DNA of 64,000 bases from Eledone cirrhosa. Lineage: Eukaryota. Each line of letters starts with the position of its first letter. Positions within the stretch are counted from its first letter, which is position 1. Under the pieces are notes generated by a model that saw nothing but the letters and a program-made list of their open reading frames with translations, had not been told where the DNA came from and made no database searches. The stretch spans positions 15,686,001 through 15,750,000 of the forward strand of contig OZ024743.1 in the NCBI GenBank assembly GCA_964016885.1. The letters are read 5' to 3'. Below are positions 10,540 through 22,676 of the stretch, in pieces. Position numbers and translations under genes: made by a program.

Positions 10540-12686
10540 TTACCGTACTTTTCGTAGAGGAGGGATTGTTTTTCCATCCCTTTTCACTTGATCGTCTGGT
10601 GAAGGGACCGTTGAATCGTCCCTTCGGCTGGTCGTCGGCACTTCTATGAGTATGTCCGAATATACTCTTCGATTGAGAGTCCCTCCTAGGTATCTGAAAT
10701 CACCAACTGCGTTGGGGAATTTCGTTTTAATGTTTGTGTATTGTTTCTGTGCTATTTTTAGCAGTCTTATGTTAGTTGGCGTTTTGATCGGTGCTGGTAT
10801 TATGTAGTCGTGTTGTGAAATGTCTGTGTTCAATTATGTAAGTCATTAGTTTCTTGTTGTGTGTATTTATTGCCGTGCATTTGTTTTTCTGGGGGTGGGG
10901 TGGGGTTCTGCTATTTTCTTGTCGTTGTTGCTGGGTGTGTGTGTTTTGTTGTTGTGTTTGCGATGTTGGTGCTTGTGGTGGTGGTGTTGAAGCTATTGTT
11001 GTTGGCGGTGGGGTTGTCGCCAGTGGTGATGGTGGTGCTAGTGTGGGTGGTGATGGTGTTGGTGGTGTTGCTGCTGTGAGTCACTTTGCAGTAGCCTTGA
11101 CCCTTTTTTTCATTTCTTTCCTCCCTTTTCGAAGGCGACGATGCGTTGCTTCTGCGTTTGTGCCTTCGTACGACCTTTTGCCATCCCTCTCCCACCTCAC
11201 ACTCCATGTCTGATTCTGTGAGGTCGGGGAGGGGTACCAGCTCCACTCTTTCACTTGTTGTTGTTGGTGAATTTTGCACTAGAGTCTCTGTTGCAGCTGC
11301 ATTTGGTATTGCTGTTGTTGTTGTTAATACTTCCACTGCTGCTGCTGATTTTGATTTCCGTGGCGTGGGTATGGGTGCCACGGACCTATCGTTTCTGGTT
11401 GCCGCTTGTCCTGTTGCTGGTAGCCGTGGAGCCGGTTTCGTAAGGAGGGGGGTTTTCTCCTTTCTCAGGGTCTTCTCGTTGCAGAAGGCCCTGAGGTGAG
11501 TCTTCGATCCACAGTGAAAGCATTTCGGGCGTTTGCCCTCAACACTTATGGGCAGTTGAGTGCCGTTATCGAAGTCTATCACATCCGGGATAGCTTCGAT
11601 GCACTCCTGGTTGGTTTGGATTAACATCTCAATGGAGGTGCCGACCCAATCTTCTCTTACTTTTTTCTGTACTTGCAGTACAGTTGTTTTGTCCTCGATT
11701 CCGACGAGGACAGACGCGGCTAGACAAGAAGGGGCCATCCCGGGGGGAGGGGGTCAGTTTGACCCTTATAATTTTTTGCCCGCAGTAGGAGGGCACCAAC
11801 ACCATTTCCTCGCTCCTTAGGGTCACTAAGGATTGAGCCTTTGCCTCCTGGGGTGTGGCAAAAAGTACGTCTACGGTGGCATATTTGTTGCCTCGGGTGA
11901 TGTGCGTTTTCCGGTGCCACACAGACCCCAACCTTTTTGTATTTGAGTCTCTGTGGCTCTTTCAACCCTACGGGATTTTGTACTTACTGTACGGTACGTG
12001 ACCGTACAGTGCTGTTGGGTTTCGAAACATTTTTCGGCTGCCTTGCAGATTGCTCGGTGTCCACTTTTTGTCACCATCTTCTTCGCTTCCTCTAATTCCT
12101 CATTTGTTATGAGGATGGTTTCCAGGTTCTTTGCGATACCTGCAAACGAGATTGGTTTTTCTTTGCTGCTGTTGTTGTTGTTGTTGTCGTCAGAGCTGCT
12201 GTTACTTTTGTTGTTGCTGCACGTACTACGACTACTGCCGCCGCTGTTGCTGTGGTTGTTGTTGTTGTTGCTGCTGCTGCTGTTGTTGTTGCTGCTAATG
12301 CTGTTGTTGTTTATGCTGCTGATGATGCTGTTGCGACTGCTACTGTTGTTTTCCTTATCACTGTTGCTGCTGTTATTACGGCTGCTACTGCTATTATTCG
12401 TGACGTCAGACGAATGAAATGGGTTTTCGTATTTCCCGCACACCTTTTTCGTCGTTGTCGTCGTCGTCGTGGAGAAATCTTGCACGCTTTGCACGTGATT
12501 TTTCTTTTTTGGCGTCGCTTGCGAAAGAGAAGGGAGGGAGAGAGACACATTTAGAGAAGGGAGGGAGAGAGACACATTTAGAGAAGGGAGGGAGAGAGAC
12601 AATCTTCTCTCTGCTGTAGTGACGATTGAGGAAGAAGAAGACGGAATGAGTGGGAGTGATCTATGAAAATTCTTTTTCGTTGCCAT
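10540..12686 (-). pseudogene. Tx1 copy 1 ORF1 (Asn/Ser-rich N-terminus, zinc knuckle CFHCGSKTHLRAFC, Thr-rich linker, conserved C-terminal domain), frameshifted
   Basis: ORF pieces 11871-12719, 11629-11931, 10911-11738 and 10540-10833 are colinear with the ORF1 pieces of copies 3 and 4. Confidence 0.85.
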
Positions 12687-12896
12687 GTTGTTTTTTTGTT
12701 TAAAATAAATATTGGGCACAAAACCCTAATAAGCGGTTATTTGACCCTGAAGGGCCAAATAACAGGGAGAAAGACCCCTCTCACGAGGAGGAGGGTGTTT
12801 TTGTCTACAAGTTGGTTAAAGTTTTAAACAATTTACAATACCTTACAGAGCCGAGCCTCCGTCAACCATAGCATTCAATAATAATAATAATAATAA

Positions 12897-15800
12897 TTTC
12901 TTTATTGGCCACAAGGGCTGACATCAAGAAAAACATTACAGACGGTACAGGATGGAACGATGTGGGTTTTGTGCGTGTAAATATTTGTATTATTTGTATA
13001 AGAAAGGAAAAAAAGGACATAGAAACATATATATATATAAACAATAAAAATGAAAATTGAAACAATGAAAAATTCCCCAATAGGGGAGAAGCCTCCGAGG
13101 GTTACTCGTGGTGAAAACCACACAAAAGACCACGGCCACCCTGACTATCAGGGCAAGCGCCCTCTCTCAATTTTTCCATCTCTCAAACTACAGACGTATA
13201 TTCAGAGTTGTCCCGTTCACTCGGACCATTCTCGCTACATTCACCCACCTTTCAACAAACTTGCTATTAAGCAGCACTTGACTCTCCACTCTGATTTTCC
13301 TCTTCAAGTGAAACTTGAAAAAGTTAATTAGGGATTCGCCGAAGAGGAAAATGTCTGTCTTTAACCCTTTTAACCTTGTCCACCACACAATCTCTTTCGC
13401 CATGGCCTCCAGGCAGATGAAAACCGCCTGCCCTTCCTCCTCGCAGGAAGACGGCGAGACCATCTGCACAATGGACTCAGTCGACAACCGGATCAGTCCC
13501 ACACGCGACAGCAACTGTTCGACATAGCTCCACAAGTCAGCAATGCTCGGGCACTGAACGAGTGCATGCACAACGGTTTCGTAGCTCTGCGCGCATCTCG
13601 GACAGGCTCGGCTGACGGCACTTCCGTGCCTGTAGAGCTTATCTCGAACCGGCAGCGCTCCCCGGTAGCACTGCCAGGCCAGGGATTTTTGGAAGTTATC
13701 ATTAGGCCCCGGGCTGAAAGTTCTCCGGAAGAGAGCAAACAGCTGATCTTCTTTGACGCCCAGGATCTCTCCGAGAATGTAGTCGCTCATCCCCTCCACT
13801 AGTCCTCTATAGAACGCCGAGGTGGATGTTCCACCGATACTGGTGCCAAGCTGGGAGAGGGCAGTGAGCGCCTGGAGACAATCCAGTTTCCAAGCGCTAT
13901 CCCTCGGTCTTTTTCTGACCCAGGACTGCAGCTCCGTCAAGCAGACGAGCTGTGGGAAAATGTGCCTGGCCAACGGCGACCACACCCGTTCACCATCAAG
14001 GAAGCACCAGAGATGTTGCAGCCTCAGCGCATGTTTGCGCCCCTTCAGCCTAGGCATGCCCAGTCCTCCACGCAACGGGTGTTGACAGCAGATGGATCGT
14101 CTGACCATGGGAGTGCGTCCCTTCCACAAAAAGCGGAAGAGGAGGCACTCCATTTTGGTGAGAGTTGGGCTGGAGCAAGGGACGACGGTGAGGCGGTAGC
14201 AGATGACGGATGAGATGTACGCATTCGCCACCTCCGCCCGGCCTTTCAGGGACAGCTTCCTCTCAGCCCATTTCTGGGTGAGGGAGGCCAACCTGCTCGT
14301 CACCTCGTTCCAGTTTTTCTCCATCTGGAGGTCCGGTCCGAACCAGACCCGAGCAATTTAACCGGTCCGTCCGTCCAACGACCCATGATGCTGTCGGACG
14401 GCATGGACTTGCCTCTCCAGGTGCCTAGCTGCAAGCCCACCGACTTTTCCTGGTTTATCTTTGCTCCTGTCACCGCTTCGTATTCCTTGAGAGCGGTGCC
14501 GAGCATCTGGACGTGTCTGGTGCTCGACACCACCACGGTGACGTCATCAGCGTAAGCTGACCCAGATTTCCCGCATACTAGTTCGCGTGGGACGCCCCTC
14601 ATCGCCCCCCAGTTTGTGCAGTAACGGCTTTAGAACCAATACGTACAAAAGGGACGAGAGGGGACAACCCTGGCGGACTGAGCGCATGATGCTGAACGGC
14701 TGCGACAGGTGACTGTTCACCCTCACAACTGAGCAGATGTCGCTGTACATTGCTGCAATCCAACCCCTGAAAACAGGCCCGAAACCGGCTGCCTCGAGGA
14801 CCGCCGCCAGGTACCGATGGTCGACCCTATCGAATGCTTTGGATTGATCCAAGTTGATCAGGGCCCCACCCTTGTCAGGTTCTTTAACCACCCTCTCTAT
14901 GATGTATCGCATGAGGTGGAGGTTGTCGTGTATGGATCTGTCCGGAATGGCGCATGACAAGTGCCAACCTCGTTGCTAACACCTTGGCCAAAATCTTGAA
15001 CTCTGAGTTTAGCAAGGTTATGGGCCTGAAATTATCGATAACATCCCCCTTGTTCGGGTTTTTTCTCAGCAGCGCCACTGTTCCCCGGCTGACAAAACTG
15101 GGAATGCTCCCATTCTGCTGCCAGTTGCAGTAGACGTCTGCCAAGAGGTCACAGAACAAGTCTGGCATAAATGCATAAAGCCCGTAGGGCAGACCATCTA
15201 AACCTGGCGATTTACCCCTTGTGCAGTTAGCCATCGCTTCCCGTATTTCACCGGCTGTTATTGGCTTTTCGCAATACTGTGCTGCGGTCGTCAAAGCCGA
15301 AGCAGTCCGTCGAGGTATGCACTGAAGTCCATGCCCCGATCTGGGCTGCCGCCGCTCCCGAACAGTTCAGAAAAGTGCTGCTGAAAAGCTTCACACATCC
15401 GCTCGGGTTCGAGCATCACTCGCCCGTTTTGGTCAGACAAAGACCGAATTGTGGCTTTGTTGCCACGTCGCGCCTCTGCCACCCGGGCCCATTGGATGGC
15501 TTTTGTCCCATCCTGTTTCAGAGCACGTGCTCTAGCTCTGACAATGCAGCCTTCGTGTTTTGCGTTGAAGAATTGGTCGAGTGCCAATCTCGCCGCAAGC
15601 ACGTCGGTTGCGATGCCTGTACTAAACGCCTCTTCTAGCTTTCTGACTAGCTCTCCCTCTACTCTATTTTCTTCTATCACTACTCCTTTGCTAAACCTAA
15701 TCGACTATACTTTAATTGCCCTTTTCTGGACGAACCACCACCTGTTATTGACGACCGCTCCCGTCAACGCCCGCTTAACTAATACGCTAATCCGGTCTCT

Positions 15801-17346
15801 GTAGGCTTTGCGCGCCGGGAAAGACGCTTTCAGCTTCCAGTAACCAGGCCGTTGTCTATGAAGTCTGTATGTCGATCTCACAGATCACAAATTTGTGGTC
15901 CGTGTAGTCGACTATTTTAAATTGTGGACAACTTATACTAGCCTTATCTAGTTCTCTGCAGAATACCCTATCGAGATACGATTTGGATGACCCGATTCGG
16001 TTTGTCCATGTCCAAATTGGCACATTCGGGTGATCCAGTCGATACCTGTCAGACTTCAAAATGTCTGAGCAGGTTGGTGAGGCTCTTGCACCCTCCTCCC
16101 CTATCCACTATCCCCACACGATCCCAGCGTGCATCCAAGATACCGTTCCAGTCGCCCACTAACATTAAAGAGCGGGACGTTCCAAGAAAGGTCTCTAGAC
16201 GTCTGAAGAAATCTGGCCGTCCTGCACCTGTTGGGGCGTAGACAGCTACTAGCCTGAAAGCATTGCCTTCGCTACCGGTCACGTCCAGCACCACCGACTT
16301 ACCTTCTAGGTCTAGGAAGATGGCCCGTATCGCGAGATCCAAGCCTCTCTGAAAAAGGACGGCAACCCCTCCCCCCCGATCCTGGATGGCTGGGAGATGC
16401 ATATACATCGTAGCCGCCGAAGATCGGTGCGAAGGCTTGTGCTTCGGACATTCTGGTTTCACTGATGGCCACCACATCTATGTTTAGTGACCTGAGGTCA
16501 TTGAGCAGGTGACACCTGCAAAAGAAGTGGTCCCTTTTTCAGCAGTACCACTATTGCTGCCGCTACTGGTCTTACTGGTGGTGCTGAGATCGCTATTACA
16601 GGTGTCGGTGTCATTGTTGTTGTTTTCGTTGGTACTGTTGTTGGTGTTGTTGTTGTTGTTTTCGTTGATACTGTTGCTGTTGTTACTGTTATTGTGGCTG
16701 TTGTTATTATTGTTGTTTTTGTTGATACTGTTCCTACTATTATTGTTGTTGTGGCTGTTGTTATTGTTATTGTCGTTCTCGACCTTACTGCTGTTATTTT
16801 TGTTATTGTCGTTCTCGACCTTACCGCTGTTATTTGTGTTATTGTCGTTCTCGACTTTACCGCTGTTATTTTTGTTATTGTCGTTCTCGACTTTACCGCT
16901 GTTATTTTTGTTGTTGCTGTTGTTATTGTTGGTGTTGTTGTTGGTGTTATTGTTGGTGTTGTTTGTGTTAGAAATATTTGTTAATTTTAAATCTGTAACA
17001 ATCTTTTTTTCCTTTGTAATATTTTCGTTTATATTTACCCCCGCTGGAACGCTGTCTTGTTAACATGCTGATAAAGTCTCCCTCTCTCTGTGTTGTCTGA
17101 CAGCGCTCTCTCTCTCTATCTTGTGTTATCCATGTTGAAATAAAAAAAATAATTTTTTTTTTACACAAATACGAATACGACACCCCGTAAAGGGGGCCGT
17201 ATTATTTACTAGTGAACCCCTGTATTAGGTGGGCCACTTCTTCTAAACTTTTATCAAATTTAAAACTTGAATAAAAGGTTTAGAACGGTTGAAAACGAGG
17301 TAAAACTTTGAAAAAAACTGGAGGCGATAAGAAGCGTGGCTTCACC
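12897..17346 (-). mobile_element. Tx1 copy 2; ORF2 nearly complete, most of ORF1 deleted
   Basis: ORF2 motifs across 13188-16515 (GDWNGILD, YADD, 378-aa C-terminal ORF). At ~16515 the ORF2 5' region joins directly to an Asn-rich ORF1 N-terminus. (AAT)n at 12877-12897 and 17353-17372. Confidence 0.92.
16767..16910. repeat. 36-nt tandem repeat x4 in copy 2 ORF1 (encodes ~KNNSGKVENDNN)
   Basis: Unit ttattgtcgttctcgaccttaccgctgttatttttg repeated four times. Confidence 0.85.
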
Positions 17347-17374
17347 AACAACAATAATAATAATAATAATAACG

Positions 17375-20300
17375 GTTTCTTTATTTGCCACAAGGGCTAA
17401 CATTAAGAAAAACATTACAGTCGGCACAGAACAGTACAGGACTATACAAAGTGGGTTTTGGTCGTGTAAATAGGTTATAACAAGATAGAAATCGGGATAG
17501 AAATAAAAAAAATTCAAATAACAAAAATTCCCCAAGAAGGAGGAAACCTCCGAGGGTCACTCGTGGAGAAAACCACACAAAAGACCACGGCCACCCTGAC
17601 CACCAGGGCAAGCGCCCTCTCTCAGTTTTCCTGCTCCTCAGTCTACAGGCGCATACTCAGAGTGGGTCCGTTCACTCGGACCAGACTCGTCACTTTCACC
17701 CACCTTTCAACAAACATACTAGAAGACAACACTTGACTCTCCACCCTGATTTTCCTCTTCAAGTGAAACTTGAAAAAGTTAACCAGCGATTGGCCGGAGA
17801 GGAAAGTGTCCGTCTTCAACCCTTTCAACCTTGTCTAGCACACAATCTCTTTCGGCATGGCCACCAGGCAGATGAAAACTCCCTGCCATTCCACCTCTTT
17901 AAAGCCCACCGACTTTTCTTGGTTTATCTTTGCTCCTGTCAATGCTTGGTATTCTTTGAGAGCGGTGCCGAGCATCTGGACGTGTTTGGTGCTCGACACC
18001 ACCACGTTGACGTCGTCGGCGTAAGCTGACACGGATCTCCCGCATCCTAGTTCGAGTGGGACCCCCCGCATCGTCTACAATTTGTGCAGTAACGGCTCTA
18101 CGGCAAGTACGTACAAAAGGGATGAGAGGGGGAAACCCTGGCGGACCGAGCGTATGATACTGAAAGCTGCGACAGGTGACCATTCAACCCCACAATCGAG
18201 CAGATGTCGCCTAAAAACGGGCCCGAAGCCGGCCGCCTTGATGACCACAGCCAGGTACCGATGGTCGACCCTATCAAACGCTTTAGATTGATCCAAGTTG
18301 GTTAGGCCACCACCCGTGCCAGGTTCCTTAACCACCCTCTCTATGATGTATCGCTTGAGATGGAGGTTGTCGTGGATGGATCTGTCCGGAATGGCGCATA
18401 TCTGCGCCTCTCCCACCAGATCACCGACGACAAGCGCCAATCTCGTCGCTAACACCTTGGCCAAAATCTTAAACTCTGTGTTTAGCAGAGTTATGGGCCT
18501 GAAGTTGTCTATAACGTCTCACTTGTTCAGGTCTATTCTAAGCAGCGTCACCGCTACACGGCTCACAAAACTGGGAATGCTCCCGTACTGCTGCCGATTG
18601 CAGTAGATATCTGCGAAGAGGTCGCCGAACAAGTCTGGCATACACGCATAAAGCTCGTAGAGCAGACCATCCAAACCTGGCGATTTACCCCTCGTGCAGT
18701 CAGACATCGCTTCCCGTATTTCACCTGCTGTCATCAGATTTTCGCAGTACTGCGCTGTGGTTGTTGAGAGCCGCGGCAGTCCGTCGAGGTATGCACCCAA
18801 GTCCATACTACGATTCGACCCGCCGCTGCTCCCGAACAATTGAGCAAAGTGCTGTTGAAAAGCTGCACATATCTGCTCGGGTTCGAGCAACATGCGCCCA
18901 TTTTGATCAGGCAAATTCCGAATTGTGGACTTGTTGCCACATCGCGCCTACACCACTCAGGCCGATTGATCGGCTTTCATCCCCTTGTGTCTTAGAGTAC
19001 GCGCTCTAGCTCTGACAACGCAGCCTTCATGCTTTGCGTTAAAGAATTGGTCGAGTGCCAATCTCTCCGTAAGCACGTCGGTTGCGATGCTTGTCCTTAA
19101 CGCCTCTTCTAGCTTTCTAACTACTCTATTTTCCTCTATCACTACTCCTTTGCTAAACCTTATCGATTCTACTCTAATAGCCCTATTCAGGGTAAACCAC
19201 CACCTGTTGTTGATATCGCACCCGTCAACGCACGCTTAACTAATTCGCTAATCCGCTCTCTGTAAGCTTTGCGCGGCGGGAACGACGCGTTCAGCTTCCA
19301 GTAACCGGGCTTATGGAGTCTATGTAAGTCGACTTCACAGATTACAAATTTGTGGTCCGTGTAGTCGACTATTTTAAATTGCCTTATCTGTTTCCCTACA
19401 GAATATTCTATCTAAATACGATCTGGATGACCCGATTCGGTTTGCCCATGTCGAAATTTGAACATTCGGATAATCTAGTCTATACCTATCAGACAGTTCA
19501 AAACGTCTGAGCAGGTTGTTGAGGCTTTTACACCATCCTCTTTTACACCACTGTCTACTAGCTTCACATAATCCCAGCGTGCATCTAAGATACCGTTCCA
19601 GTCGCCCACTAATACTAAAGAGCGGGACGTTCCAAGAAAGGTCTCTAGACGTTTGAAGAAATCTGGCCGTCTTACCCCTGTTGGGGTGTAGATGGCTACC
19701 AGCCTGAAAGCATTGCCTTCACTGCCGGTCACGTCCAACACCACCGACTTACCTTCTGGGTCCAGGAAGATGGCCCGTATGGCGAGATCCAAGCAACTCC
19801 TTCCCCCGATCCTGGACGGCTGAGAGATGCGTATACATTGTAGCCTCCGAAGATCGGTGCGAAGGCTCGTGCTTCGGAAATTCTTGTGTCGCTGATGGCC
19901 ACCACATTATGTTTAGTGACATGAGAGCGTTAAGCAGGTGGCCCTGCTTCCAAGATGACCCCAGGCTATGTATATTTATACTGCCTATTCTAAGTACGGC
20001 CATGTTGGGTGTGGAATGGAGCAAGTAAGAAAGGATCACCTACCCTGATTGTGTGGGAAAGGGACAATCGAACCGTCCCTTTCGCTGGTCATAGGTGTTT
20101 CCAAGATGATGTCGGTGTATATCCTCTTGGTAACCGACCCTCTGAAGTCTCCAACTGCGTTGGGGAAGTTTTCTTTTAAAAGTTTATAATGATCTATTTT
20201 GATTTCAATAATCTTTATATTTTTCGGGAGAGTTCCTGGTGTTGGTGGGGTGTAGTAATTTTTGTTTGTGATGTCTGTGTGTTGCTTTATATGTTGTAAG

Positions 20301-22457
20301 AGGTCTTTATTTGTCATGTTTCTGGCTGTGTTCGTTTTTGGGGGAGGGGTGGTTTTGTTGCTGTTTTCTTGTTGTTGCTGTTGGGTATGTGTGCTTTGCT
20401 GTGTTTGCGATGTTGGTGTTTTTTGGTGGTGGTGTGGTTGTTGTTGGTGGTGATGCTTGTGGTGGTGATGGTGACGGTGGTGGTGTTGCTGCAAGTTTCC
20501 TTGCAGCCTTTACCCCTCTTTTATTGCCTTCGATTTTGGAGGGTGAAGCTAAGGGATTTTCTTTTTTCTTTTTTGTGGCAGACCGTTTGCCACTTCCTTC
20601 CCGCTTCATACTCCAAGTCGGATTCCATGACGTTTGGAAGGTGAATGAGCTCCACCTCTGTTGGTGGGGATAGTGGAGCCCACTCCGGCGATTTTGAAAC
20701 CGGTGTAGCTACTGCCACTGTTGGTGTTGCCGCTGTCTTAGTTGTCCGTGGCTTTGGTATGGGTGTCACTGACGTTGCTCCCCTACTCACCATGGAAGGG
20801 TCTTCTCCCTATTTTGCCTGCCCTGCTCTTGGTAGCAGCGGATCAGGCATCGGAAGGAGGGGGGGGCTCTTCTTGGCTGTCTTCTGCAGACAGAAGGCCC
20901 TAAGGTGACCCTTCTGCATACAGAGATAGCATTTTTGGGCGCCTTCCTTCCACGCTTATAGGGAGTTGGAGTCCTTCCTCGAGGTCTATGATATCTGGGA
21001 TTGCCTCGATGCACTCCTGGTCAGTTGTATTCCTGACCAGTTCTCTCTTCCTATTCTCTGTATTTGCGGTATGGTGGTCTTCTCGATTCAAGCAAGTACA
21101 GACGCGGCCAGCCAAGGTATGGGCACGTCGGGCTGGACCTGGGTCACTTTGATCCGCACAATTTTCTTTCCGCAATAGGAGGGCACCAAGACCAACTCCT
21201 CATTCTTTAGGGTTTCCAAAGAGTGCGACTTCGCCTCTTGTGGGGTGGCGAAATGTACGTCTACTGTGGCGTACTTTTTGCTGTTATTGTTGTAGTTGGT
21301 GTGGTAATTTTTTAAAAATTAGTGTTCTCAGTGTTGTTGTCTTTGTTCACATTGTTTGTGGTGGTGTTTGTTGTATCAATTTCTGTAACCCTCCTCTCAA
21401 ATTTTACGCTGTTGTCACACGACAGCAGACATATTGCTGGGGGGGTGTGGCTCAGCCATGTTTTTATTTTTTTTATTTTTAAAAGTAAAATGTTCAAATA
21501 TACTTTCCCCTTCACAGGGCAAAGTGCAAGAGCTTATATCCCTTACACAAGAAAAAATAAACAACAAATAATTATAACAGGTAAATAAAGCGACTTACTG
21601 TTAGCGAGCAAAAAAACGTCCTTAGCGCGATTTCAACATCTGCTTGTAGAATTAAAGCTCCCCTTTTGGTTTGTGCTGAGATGCATCTATAATATACCGT
21701 TCTGCGCTCCACTGCCTCAATAGCTTCTACCGGGACATTTAAGTTGGCCAGGTTTGCTCTTGCTTGATGAGCTTCCATGCCTGGGCCAACTTTTCATCTT
21801 TGTTTGAGAGGTCCATGTTGATGCATGGCCTCATTTTTGCTGCTGCCGCAGCGAAAGTGGTCTTCTGGTTTTCGTTGGGGGTGTTGTTGTCGTTGTCGTT
21901 GTTCTTGTTGGTGTTATTGTTATCACTGTCGCTGTTATGATTGTTGTCTTTGTTACCACCGTTTTTCTCGGTGCAGTTGGTATTGTTGCTGTTGGTGTTG
22001 TCGCTATTTGTTTTCATGTTAGTGGTGTTGATATTGTTGTTGCATTTGTCATTTTTCTTTTGTTATCTGTATTTTCGTTGTCGCCGTTACTGTCATTTTT
22101 TTCAAAATTAGAGTTCTCATTGCTATCATTGGTGTCTTTGTTTACATTGTTTGTGGTGGTGTATGTGTGGTGGCGCTGTAGCGCTCCTCTCAACTTCTAC
22201 GTCGTAGTGGCACGAGAGCAGACATATCGCTGGGGGGCGTGGCACAGCCATGTTTTTTTTTTCTCCGTAATTTTTTTTAAATGTAAAAAAAGTTAAAATA
22301 TTTGGGCCAAAAGGCCCAAATATTATACTTTCCCCTTTCCGGAGCAAAGTCTAAGGGCTTATATCCCTTACACAACAAGAAATATTTAACAACAAATAAT
22401 TTTAACAGGCAAATAAAGCGACTTACTGGGAGCGGGCAAAATACGTCCGATTAGACC
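17375..22457 (-). mobile_element. Tx1 copy 3; ~1-kb ORF2 deletion near 17900 and duplicated 5' end
   Basis: ORF2 from ATG at ~20003 (MAVLRIGSIN), YADD near 18020, then a jump QEKSVG to VFICLVAM. ORF1 remnants 20036-22250. Two 5'UTR-like blocks (21480-21620 and 22270-22450). Confidence 0.9.
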
Positions 22458-22463
22458 AATAAT

Positions 22464-22650
22464 TTTTTCTACTTTTGGCACAAGGCCAGCAATTATCCAG
22501 TGCATTACTGGTACTTTATTTTATCGACCCCGTAAGGATGAAAGGCAAAGTTAACCTCGGCGGGATTTGAACTCAAACCATAAAGGGGCGTAACTCTTTG
22601 CTGCAAAGCATGGCGTCAGACCCTCTACCGATACTGCCAATCCACCGCCC
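22464..22650 (-). mobile_element. tRNA-derived SINE (family A), full length, 13-bp TSD
   Basis: Sense 5' gggcggtggattggcagtatcggtagag (A-box-like), gagttcaaatccc (B-box), central gcctttcatcct..gggtcgataaaataaagtacc. TSD TTAGACCAATAAT at 22451-22463 and 22651-22663. Confidence 0.9.
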
Positions 22651-22676
22651 TTAGACCAATAATAATAATAATAATG

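Larger units (their letters stand above)
6832..12876 (-). mobile_element. Tx1/L1-clade LINE copy 1, full length (~6 kb), frameshifted
   Basis: 5'UTR, ORF1 with CX2CX4HX4C knuckle, ORF2 with APE-RT-CCHC, 3'UTR ending CCCTTGTGGTTAATAAAGAAA plus (ATT)n. (AAT)n on both sides. Confidence 0.93.

Noticed and set aside
11953-12554. Poly-Leu/Val hydrophobic ORFs on the plus strand (also 16509-17063 and 41594-41896)
   Set aside because: Antisense translations of (AAC/AGC/AAT)n low-complexity sequence, not membrane proteins.
16767-16910. 36-nt repeats as a CRISPR array
   Set aside because: No spacers; a coding minisatellite in a eukaryotic ORF1.
22464-22650. SINE heads as tRNA genes
   Set aside because: They have A/B boxes but no full cloverleaf, and are attached to SINE bodies with TSDs.
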